Below are positions 7,374-14,984 of a stretch of DNA of 20,605 nucleotides, in pieces (position 1 is the stretch's first letter; each line of letters opens with the position of its first letter). A model generated the notes under the pieces. The model was not told where the DNA came from. It ran no database searches and was given only the letters and a program-made list of their open reading frames with translations. Source of the DNA: Deltaproteobacteria bacterium TL4 (GTDB lineage Bacteria > SAR324 > NAC60-12). The stretch lies in NCBI GenBank assembly GCA_051382335.1, contig JBBCAX010000051.1, forward strand, positions 1 to 20,605, written 5' to 3'. The position numbers and the translations under genes are program-made.

Positions 7374-9419
7374 ATGGCATCGCTTTACTTTACGGAAGAA
7401 CATGAAATATTTCGTGACAGTGTGCGCCAGTTCATTACCAAAGAGGCCCTGCCTCATGCTGAGGAATGGGAAAAAACTGGTCAAATTCCACGTAAAATTT
7501 GGGAAAAAATGGGAGAACTCGGGTATTTAGGCCTTTGTCATTCTGAAAAGTATGGCGGCACCGAAGCCGACTTTTTCTTTTCCATTGTTTTTCTTGAAGA
7601 ACTTTCACGTTCAGGCATGGGCGGGTTTTCAGCCGCCTTTTCCGTCCATGAATATATGGCCACCAATCATATTGCCCACGCGGGAAGTGAAGCCTTAAAA
7701 CAAAAATATTTGGTTCCGGCCATTCAAGGCAAGATGATCGGAGCCTTGGGGGTTACAGAACCTAATGCGGGTTCCGATGTCGCGGCAATCCAAACCAAAG
7801 CGGTCCGTGATGGCGAGGACTATGTGATTAACGGTTCCAAAATGTTCATTACCAATGGAGCCTCCGCGGATTTCATCACACTGCTCGCAAAAACAGCGGA
7901 TACAGGGACCTCTGGCATGAGCCTCTTTGTTGTGGATACGAAATCGCCCGGTTTTACGGCGAAGGCTTTGAACAAAATGGGGCTGCATAGTTCGGATACC
8001 GCAGAGATTGGTCTCGATAATGTCCGAGTTCCCGCTTCCAATCTGATTGGCCAAGAAAACTCAGGCTTTTACTACATCATGGAAAGTTTCCAACTGGAAC
8101 GCCTTGTGGCCGCGGCTTTGGCGGTAGGAGGCATGGACGCCTGTATGGAAATGACCTTGAAATATGTGAGTGAACGTCAGGCCTTTGGTCGTACTGTCTC
8201 AAAATTTCAAACGATCCGACATACCTTGGCCGACCTGGCCACTCAAATTGAAGCAGCCCGTCAGTTAACTTATCATACCGCCTGGAGACATGCTCAAGGT
8301 CAGGTGGTCGTCAAAGAATGCTCCATGGCCAAACTCTACTGCACGGAACTTGCGAAAAAAGTCGTTGATGAGTGCTTCCAATGTTTTGGCGGGTATGCCT
8401 TTATGGAAGAATACCCCATCGCCCGTGCTTACCGGGATACTCGGATTGGGACCGTCGTTGGAGGAACTTCCGCTATTATGCGGGAAATCATTGCTAAAAT
8501 GATGTTTGACCAAGTTAAATATTCATCCTCTTACAAAGAACCCAAAACTCAATCAACGTCCACCAAACCCGCGGCTCCAGCTACGGCAAGTAAAGAAACC
8601 GCGCCCAAACCCGCTACTTCTGTGCCAACAGCAACCCCCGCTGCCGCTGAGGTGTCTGCGGCAAAACCGACAGAAACGGTAAAAAGTACGGTACCTTCAA
8701 CGATTCCAGAGCTTTTTGAACACCTGCCTTCTCGTTTTCGCAAAGAAAAATCAAAGGGGGTGTCCATGGTGATTCATTTCAAAATCACGGGTGCGCAAGC
8801 CGGAGACTATACGCTCAACATTCAAAATGAACAATGTGGCGTGGAGCAAGGCTTGAAAGGCGAGGCCAAGTGTGTTGTCAGTGTGAGTGGTGAGACATTT
8901 TTAGACATTGAATTAGGCAAGATGCAAGCAGAAGCGGCCTTCATGATGGGTAAACTTCAAGTGAGTGATTTACCCACAATGATGCAGTTTGTGGGGTTAT
9001 TTAGAAAAATTGACGCTAAGGCGGTTCCCGCTGCCGCAGCGCCAAAAGTGTCCCCGGCGTCGCCAGCCCCAGTTGCCAAACCCGCGGAACGACCGCTGCC
9101 TGAAAATGTGAAGCAATTGTTTGAAGGGCTTCCTGAGCGTCTGCTGGTGGAAAAAGCCAAGGATGTTCAATTAACCGTTCACTTTAATCTCACCGGCAAT
9201 AACGGTGGCAAATTTACGGTTACCCTTGATAAAGGAAATTGTCAGGTTCAAGCTGACTTTAAAGGCGATGCGAGTTGTGTCGTCGAAACCACGGCGGATA
9301 CTTTTATGGATATCGAACTGGGACGAAAACAACCAGAAAATGCCTTTATGATGGGGCAACTCGTTGTGAGTAATATTTCGACAATGATGAAGTTTTCCAG
9401 CTTATTTCGAAAATTTTAA
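7374..9419 (+). CDS. Acyl-CoA dehydrogenase (LCAD-like) fused to two C-terminal SCP2 sterol-carrier domains
   Basis: The ACAD core runs to ~8510 ('TEPNAGSD', 'NGSKMFITNG', 'RQAFG', 'QCFGGYAFMEEYPIARAYRD'). A Pro/Ala/Thr linker follows, then two SCP2-like repeats at ~8700-9010 and ~9100-9416 (each with 'AFMMG.L.VS'). RBS AAGGAG. Confidence 0.9.
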   Translation: MASLYFTEEHEIFRDSVRQFITKEALPHAEEWEKTGQIPRKIWEKMGELGYLGLCHSEKYGGTEADFFFSIVFLEELSRSGMGGFSAAFSVHEYMATNHIAHAGSEALKQKYLVPAIQGKMIGALGVTEPNAGSDVAAIQTKAVRDGEDYVINGSKMFITNGASADFITLLAKTADTGTSGMSLFVVDTKSPGFTAKALNKMGLHSSDTAEIGLDNVRVPASNLIGQENSGFYYIMESFQLERLVAAALAVGGMDACMEMTLKYVSERQAFGRTVSKFQTIRHTLADLATQIEAARQLTYHTAWRHAQGQVVVKECSMAKLYCTELAKKVVDECFQCFGGYAFMEEYPIARAYRDTRIGTVVGGTSAIMREIIAKMMFDQVKYSSSYKEPKTQSTSTKPAAPATASKETAPKPATSVPTATPAAAEVSAAKPTETVKSTVPSTIPELFEHLPSRFRKEKSKGVSMVIHFKITGAQAGDYTLNIQNEQCGVEQGLKGEAKCVVSVSGETFLDIELGKMQAEAAFMMGKLQVSDLPTMMQFVGLFRKIDAKAVPAAAAPKVSPASPAPVAKPAERPLPENVKQLFEGLPERLLVEKAKDVQLTVHFNLTGNNGGKFTVTLDKGNCQVQADFKGDASCVVETTADTFMDIELGRKQPENAFMMGQLVVSNISTMMKFSSLFRKF

Positions 9420-9437
9420 GCATCATACGATTTAGCT

Positions 9438-10322
9438 ATGACACCTGAAAATAAACATACCTTGTTTCAAGAGTTGCTGGAATTGTTAACGCTTGAACCC
9501 TTGGAAGAAAATTTCTTTCGTGGTCAAAGTCTGGATCATGGATGGGGACATATCTTTGGCGGACAACTGTTGGGGCAAGCCCTGGTTGCCGCCAACCATA
9601 CGGTTGAGGGGCGTTCCCCGCACTCCTTGCATGGTTATTTCTTGCGTTCGGGGGATGTTAAAAAACCCATCCTTTATAAAATTGATAGAATCCGGGATGG
9701 CGGCAGCTTTACCGTAAGGCGGGTTGTTGCTATTCAGGATGGGACCGAACTGTTCAACTTGTTGGTTTCTTATCACATCCAGGAGGAGAGCTTTGAACAT
9801 CAAACCGAAATGCCTGAGGTTCCTGGACCTGAAAACTTAATTCACGAAATTGAACATCGAAAGCGGTTTGTGGACAAATTTCCGGAAAAGTTTCATGCTT
9901 ATTACCTTCACAAACTGCCTATTGATATCAAACCTATTGAGCCTTGGGATCCCACCATTCCTCAAGAGAGGAAACCGTTAAAACGTTCCTGGTTGAAAAC
10001 TTTTGAAGCCCTTCCCGGGGACTCACTCCATCACCATCAGAGCATTCTCGCTTATGCCTCTGATTTCGGTTTGATCGCTACGGCCATGATGCCCCATAAA
10101 CTGACGCTTTTAGACAGAAGACTCAGTCGAGTCACAAGTCTCGATCATGCCATGTGGTTCCACCGTCCGTTTCGAATAGATGACTGGTTGCTTTATGATA
10201 TGGAAAGTCCTACCTTTTTTGGGGCTCGGGCTCTGGTGCGGGGACAGTTTTTTAATAAGGAGGGAAAGTTGGTCGCGTCCGTTGCGCAAGAAGGTTTAAT
10301 TCGTACACGTTCCTCAACTTAA
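9438..10322 (+). CDS. tesB: Acyl-CoA thioesterase II
   Basis: 'FGGQLLGQAL', 'HSLHGYFLRSG', 'RDGGSFTVRRVVAIQ', 'LAYASD', 'SLDHAMWFH' and 'SVAQEGLIR'. Confidence 0.93.
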   Translation: MTPENKHTLFQELLELLTLEPLEENFFRGQSLDHGWGHIFGGQLLGQALVAANHTVEGRSPHSLHGYFLRSGDVKKPILYKIDRIRDGGSFTVRRVVAIQDGTELFNLLVSYHIQEESFEHQTEMPEVPGPENLIHEIEHRKRFVDKFPEKFHAYYLHKLPIDIKPIEPWDPTIPQERKPLKRSWLKTFEALPGDSLHHHQSILAYASDFGLIATAMMPHKLTLLDRRLSRVTSLDHAMWFHRPFRIDDWLLYDMESPTFFGARALVRGQFFNKEGKLVASVAQEGLIRTRSST

Positions 10323-10360
10323 CCCTTGTTCCCTCATGTCCTGAGCTCGCAAAACTCTGG

Positions 10361-10708
10361 TTATTTTAGAGCCTTAACCGTAGTCTGTTTACTTTGCGCA
10401 ATAAGGGCTAAAGGTGAGGGCGGGATGTTCAAGATCTTCTGCGGCGAGCCCGTATTATTGCTGGCATTGCCTCCCGGATTATCAACGATTGTCTCCGTCC
10501 CGGTTCCAGCCGTTTCCGGTGCCGCGGTTTCTTCTGCCGCGGCCGCTGCTGTCGCCGCTTCTGCCGCGGTTTCTTCCTCAATGTTTTCATACAACGATTT
10601 ATTCCCTGTGCTTGCCCGTTTTTCATCTTCAACCATGCAGGCCAGCGATAGCATCGCGCCCAAAATAAGAGTCAGTATTCCAATTTTTTTCATGCTTATG
10701 TTACTCAT
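10361..10708 (-). CDS. Small exported protein, probable lipoprotein, Ala/Glu/Thr low-complexity
   Basis: KK plus a hydrophobic stretch ending LSLA-C24 (non-canonical lipobox). AGAGG RBS before ATG 10708. EETAA repeats. Confidence 0.6.
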   Translation of the reverse strand: MSNISMKKIGILTLILGAMLSLACMVEDEKRASTGNKSLYENIEEETAAEAATAAAAAEETAAPETAGTGTETIVDNPGGNASNNTGSPQKILNIPPSPLALIAQSKQTTVKALK

Positions 10709-10788
10709 AGAACCTCTTGATATTTAGATTTTCAGACATTAAATTGCATCGAACTCCTTCTGCTGAAACGGAATACAACGCTTTTTCA

Positions 10789-10864
10789 GGAGTGCCAAAG
10801 CTTGCTTTGGCCAGAAAGGCGAAAGTCTTTCTTTGTCTTTGGCCAAAGCAAGCTTTGGCACTCC
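10789..10864. repeat. Perfect 25-bp inverted repeat, REP doublet (REPIN-like)
   Basis: 10789-10813 GGAGTGCCAAAGCTTGCTTTGGCCA and its exact reverse complement at 10840-10864. Each arm is itself a palindrome (GCCAAAGC-NN-GCTTTGGC). The spacer holds a GAAAGGC-GAAA-GTCTTTC hairpin. Confidence 0.85.
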
Positions 10865-10986
10865 CTCCTGAATGGGTAAGACTCCAGTGCCTTTATTTAA
10901 ATGAACGTCTATAGTTTCAAATCGACGTTGGTCGTATTAGACCTGAACTTTTTGAAAAACGTCACAAGCCTTAAAAACGCTGGTTA

Positions 10987-13900
10987 TCATAAGGAAGGCG
11001 GCACTCGTAAAGATCTGGCGGCGCTTGGATTATTTTCAACCTCAACCCAAAAGGCTTTTCCTGATTCAATTTGAGTGAGACCCTCCATCTTTTTTATCGT
11101 TGGCTCCTTGCCAATTAAAGTACTGATTTCCGCATCAGGGGAATAGGCGTACCATTGACCACCCTGCCATTTCCAAATACTTCGAATCGCGGCGTTGAGA
11201 CTGACCAAAGACTGTAAACTGACTCCCGATTCTGTATTGTTTCCTAACAAATGCCAGCCATTGACCAAAGGATTCACCGCAAGTGTTGTGGGCGAATCAT
11301 CGGGAAAGACAACTGTTGACGCCGCCTCTTCGGTGTAGATCCATAAGCCTTCTCCGGTTTTTATTTTACCCACCATTGGAGCCAAACGCATTTGATCTTC
11401 AAAATTGAGTTGTACTTCCAACTGAGGGCTGTACACCTGCCACTCTTTTCCTAGCGTATTCCATTTCCAAATGGAGTGGACCTGTGCAAACGCAACTTCC
11501 AGATCTGCGGCACTGAATGAGGTATTGACGGGTATTGTAACTATATTCGAACCTTCGGACAGGGTTTGAAGTTTTTCGGAGTTTTGCACAAGATGTTGTT
11601 GCGCAAGGGGCAGGTTGGTTTTATCCGCTTCTCCCACCTGGATCGAGCCGGTTCCCTGGCTTAAAGAAAACGTGGTGTGAGTATCCTGCAGTTGACGTTC
11701 AATACGCACTTGAGCGGAACTTGTGGTGCTGACGTGTATCGTCGCCTCGTTAACATCCCGTCCCAGATAGTAGCTCGTTCCTTTTTCTAAAGGCATGTTG
11801 ATCACAATGGTTCCAACGCTGCCCTCTTCCTGTTGGACCACAACCGTTCCTGTTTTTTCAACTTTGGGTAAAAGATAGGAACGGGTCGGCGCTTCGAGAA
11901 TGCGGATTTGGGTTTGTCCATCGGCATTGACCGCGGTGTGTGTTTCCATGAGTTGCGTATTGGGTTGTTTTAAAGACAGGCTCGCCAGAATAGCGCCTCG
12001 TGCACTCATATCCGCAAGGGCTCCCGCGGGCAGAGAAATTTGACTTTGCCCAAGAGCGGTTTCACCACTTTGCAAATTGGAGATTCCGTGCAATGTTCCA
12101 TCAGACATGATTTGGAGTGTCACACTTTGAGCCAAACCACGAACCCGACTGTTTGGATTGACGGTGGTGGTAAACGCAATTTCGGTACTTTCTCCGGCCA
12201 GACGCAGGATCCGAGTCGCGGAGGTGGCTTGATCTCCGATGCGGGTGATACCTCCTTTAGGCGCGTTAACCTGGGTTTTGAGTGCCGTTCCATCGGAACC
12301 TTTTACCCAAACTTCATTTTGAACTTTAGCGTCATTTTTAACAACAGCCCGGATCACATTGCCTTCTGGGGTTAAGACTTGGATAGTGGTGTTTCCTGCA
12401 CTGTCAATTTCCATCTCCGCGCCTTTGGGTGCCATGATTTTTGTTTGTACGGCATTTTTGGAACCTCCTTCAGAACGATTCAGGTTTAATTCCATGGAAC
12501 CATCGGACTTCATCGTCAATTCAACTTTATTTTCCTGTTTTCCTTCCGGTTGAAAGGAAACGCTTTTTGTTCCATCGGCGTTCTCTGTGACGTTACTGTT
12601 GTTGCCTTCAGGAAGCATCACTTTGGACTCACCAAGACTGACCGTCTGCGGGATTGGTTTTTCAGAACCGTCATCTTCATTCACAACAGCGACATCTGCT
12701 GGATCAAAATCGGCGTACCCCGGATCTGCAGAAATGACAGGTGACAGAACAATGGTATAATTCTGATCGCCATCGGGCGTTTGGTCTTTTACGCCAACCA
12801 CGATCACGGTTTTCAACTGATCCCAGTTTTCAGGTGTAAATTCCAAGGTCTTTGGAACCACTTGACCTTCATTGGGATTCGAACTACTGACATTGAACGT
12901 CACCGGGCTGGTTGGTTTAGAAGTCAACTTGACCGTGAAAAAGGCCAGCGTTCCATCCTCATTAGTGTTGTTGGTAATCTCACTGACCTCAATCCCCGCT
13001 GTGGAGACATCAAGCTTGGTTGCGTGACTTTGGAAATTAACGGGAACGGCTTGATCCTGAGCGACGAGGTAAACATCATAAGCTCGTCCTGTCGTGAGTC
13101 CTGAGATCTTGACCCAAAGATCGGTACCTGCGTCTGTCACCGTAACCACACCAGCGGCTAAAGGTTCCGTGTTGTCTTTGGCCTTGCCCGCGGCAATCTC
13201 CGCAATGCTGGGTGCTTCGGCCCCATCCAGCACCACGACATAATACACTTGTCCTTTTTCGTCCACTTGGAAATCCACATTCAACCCTGTGGTCAGGATT
13301 TCAGAAGTTAACGGTCCGCTGGGATCAAACAACGGTGCTTGCAAGTCCCGTATCATGGCCTCCGCATGAGCGACAACAAAGCTTTCCAAAGAAGTGAGGC
13401 CCGAAACCGTCACCGAACGTTGTGTGTTGGAAGTAGGGGTGTGCACATCAAAAGCCTTGTTATTCCAGCGTCCTACCTTGACTTCGCCATCGGCGTTAAA
13501 GGCAACATTTTCATCACTGGCATTCCATTGTACCGTAATGGCAACATTACTCCCACCCGGAGTCGCTTCATTAACCAGCCATTCCACCGCCACTGTTCGG
13601 GTCGCATCGGTCAAGTGTGAAGGCGTTATCGCTTGAGCACGAACTGAAAAGGTATCTGTCGTTCCGTCATTTTTCAAAGTTAACGGGGTGTAAGAACTGT
13701 TTGAGGAACCCACAGGAAAGGTTGTATTGGTTGCGCCAATTCCGATCCGGGTCAACATTCCGCTTCCCCCGGTTACGATAAAGTTGCTTGAAGAAGCTCC
13801 GACGATGGAGGCGGATGCACCTAAGGTCAGGTTATAATCCTCTAAAAACATTCGTCCCGTGGCCAGATTGAGTGCCCCATTGGTCACCACATTACTTAAA

Positions 13901-14244
13901 AGCCCGACTCCTAAAGGATTATTGATGTTTAAATTATAAAAAGTTGGAATCGCCCCGTTTGCCACGCCAATGTCTTGAGCCTCCGTTCCATTAAAGACGA
14001 CCAAACCAGTCCCCGGGTTAAAAACACCGTATTGATTCCAACTCCCGGAAGTCCTTAACGTGCCTGTCCCCAAAGCAAGAGTCGCACTGCTGTTAATAGT
14101 CACGCTGCCGTTAACGTTCATCGTATTGTTGTTGAGTTTGAGCTGATTGGTGGCAGAAATTCTCAAACCAGGAACCCCCAACGCGATACTGGTTAAAGTG
14201 ACCCATGTTACGAAAATGCTTATTAGTGTCTTGGTTGTATTCAT
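10987..14244 (-). CDS. Large secreted/surface protein (beta-solenoid-like N-terminus, FN3/Ig-like and Calx-beta-like domains, tandem Trp-rich C-terminal repeats)
   Basis: 1085-aa ORF with AGGAGG RBS and an N-terminal signal peptide. 'EDGTLAFFTVKLTSKPTSPVT...LEFTPENWDQLKTVIVVGVKD...DGDQNY' is Calx-beta-like. Two 'SIWKW...W..YSP...G..(L/F)W(I/V)' repeats end the protein. Confidence 0.8.
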   Translation of the reverse strand: MNTTKTLISIFVTWVTLTSIALGVPGLRISATNQLKLNNNTMNVNGSVTINSSATLALGTGTLRTSGSWNQYGVFNPGTGLVVFNGTEAQDIGVANGAIPTFYNLNINNPLGVGLLSNVVTNGALNLATGRMFLEDYNLTLGASASIVGASSSNFIVTGGSGMLTRIGIGATNTTFPVGSSNSSYTPLTLKNDGTTDTFSVRAQAITPSHLTDATRTVAVEWLVNEATPGGSNVAITVQWNASDENVAFNADGEVKVGRWNNKAFDVHTPTSNTQRSVTVSGLTSLESFVVAHAEAMIRDLQAPLFDPSGPLTSEILTTGLNVDFQVDEKGQVYYVVVLDGAEAPSIAEIAAGKAKDNTEPLAAGVVTVTDAGTDLWVKISGLTTGRAYDVYLVAQDQAVPVNFQSHATKLDVSTAGIEVSEITNNTNEDGTLAFFTVKLTSKPTSPVTFNVSSSNPNEGQVVPKTLEFTPENWDQLKTVIVVGVKDQTPDGDQNYTIVLSPVISADPGYADFDPADVAVVNEDDGSEKPIPQTVSLGESKVMLPEGNNSNVTENADGTKSVSFQPEGKQENKVELTMKSDGSMELNLNRSEGGSKNAVQTKIMAPKGAEMEIDSAGNTTIQVLTPEGNVIRAVVKNDAKVQNEVWVKGSDGTALKTQVNAPKGGITRIGDQATSATRILRLAGESTEIAFTTTVNPNSRVRGLAQSVTLQIMSDGTLHGISNLQSGETALGQSQISLPAGALADMSARGAILASLSLKQPNTQLMETHTAVNADGQTQIRILEAPTRSYLLPKVEKTGTVVVQQEEGSVGTIVINMPLEKGTSYYLGRDVNEATIHVSTTSSAQVRIERQLQDTHTTFSLSQGTGSIQVGEADKTNLPLAQQHLVQNSEKLQTLSEGSNIVTIPVNTSFSAADLEVAFAQVHSIWKWNTLGKEWQVYSPQLEVQLNFEDQMRLAPMVGKIKTGEGLWIYTEEAASTVVFPDDSPTTLAVNPLVNGWHLLGNNTESGVSLQSLVSLNAAIRSIWKWQGGQWYAYSPDAEISTLIGKEPTIKKMEGLTQIESGKAFWVEVENNPSAARSLRVPPSL

Positions 14245-14399
14245 AAGTCGCCTCCTAAAAGTCTAAAAAGACAATTTATAGCAGTTTTTAGAGAAAATTC
14301 TAAAATTGTGGTCTAATGATTTCAATTCTTCTTTTCAGCCAAACTCTCTCCTACTTTGAGAATCCAGGCATTTTTCTCAATACGGTCGATGATTTCTAT

Positions 14400-14470
14400 G
14401 AGCCGTCGTATGCGGATCCGCCTGTACGGTGGTGTGGGAGGTGGTGGAGAAAAACCGCTACCTACCTGAT
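14400..14470 (+). mobile_element. Group II intron remnant (class C/IIC-type domains V and VI, 3' end)
   Basis: GAGCCGTCGTATGCGGATCCGCCTGTACGGTGGT closely matches the IIC domain V pattern GAACCGCCGTATGCGGACCCGCAYGTACGGTGGT. It is followed by the GTGGGAGG linker, a domain VI stem AGGTGGTGG/CCGCTACCT, a bulged A (14464) and a terminal ...CCTGAT. No RT ORF or GUGYG 5' end is present nearby. Confidence 0.85.
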
Positions 14471-14671
14471 TCGCATATTTCCTATTTCGTTAGTTATTTC
14501 ATCTATGCTGAGATCATCCAACCACTGATGTCTTTCCTCGGTGTAATTTCCATAACCCTGCTCAAATTGCTGAAGAAATCGGATCATAGCTACTGGACCG
14601 AGTTCTTTATTCAATACCTTAAATCCCAACTGTCGTATTTGCGTCAAATTCGTAGTATCTATTCTTTCCAT
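14462..14671 (-). CDS. Small protein, putative antitoxin partner of the PIN toxin
   Basis: 69 aa, 'IRQLGFKVLNKELGPVAMIRFLQQFEQGYGNYTEERHQWLDDLSIDEI', a family I recognise as lying directly downstream of PIN genes. GGAGG lies 7 nt upstream of ATG 14671, and the start overlaps the PIN stop. Confidence 0.7.
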   Translation of the reverse strand: MERIDTTNLTQIRQLGFKVLNKELGPVAMIRFLQQFEQGYGNYTEERHQWLDDLSIDEITNEIGNMRIR

Positions 14672-14865
14672 TGGCTTACCTCCATCAACCATGAGACAGG
14701 ATCTATGACGCTTACTTTGAGTTCTTGAGCGTATTTTACACTCTTTTTCAAGATTCTGTCATCTGTTGTTAAAAAAATGTCAACCTGTCCACTTTCAGCA
14801 CAGGCAATATGTAATGCGTCAAGAAAATGAAATCCAAATTTCTGGAGAGTATGGCCGAGATCATC
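14659..14865 (-). pseudogene. 5'-truncated PIN-domain (VapC-like) toxin, C-terminal half only
   Basis: 'LQKFGFHFLDALHIACAESGQVDIFLTTDDRILKK...VIDPVSWLMEV' is the PIN C-terminal part. The upstream in-frame residues of ORF 14659-14988 lack the N-terminal strand with the first catalytic Asp and look non-coding. Confidence 0.75.
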
Positions 14866-14984
14866 GGTTGATGGGGTGACACTGAACGTTGAAAAAACTA
14901 AACACTGAAAAATCACTGACATCTTTGGCAAATACCTTGCTGTAAATTTTCGTGTTTTTTGCGTATTTAGCGGACGCTCCTCTC

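Noticed and set aside
10915..10957. Imperfect hairpin (TTTCAAA...GGTC-gtatta-GACC...TTTGAAA) considered as a c-di-GMP riboswitch or terminator
   Set aside because: It lacks the GEMM P1 and GAAA-tetraloop consensus, and it is AT-rich with several bulges, so it may be chance.
14316..14728. Plus-strand ORFs of 70 and 99 aa
   Set aside because: 'EPSYADPPVRWCGR' is the translation of intron domain V, and the rest is antisense to the TA genes.
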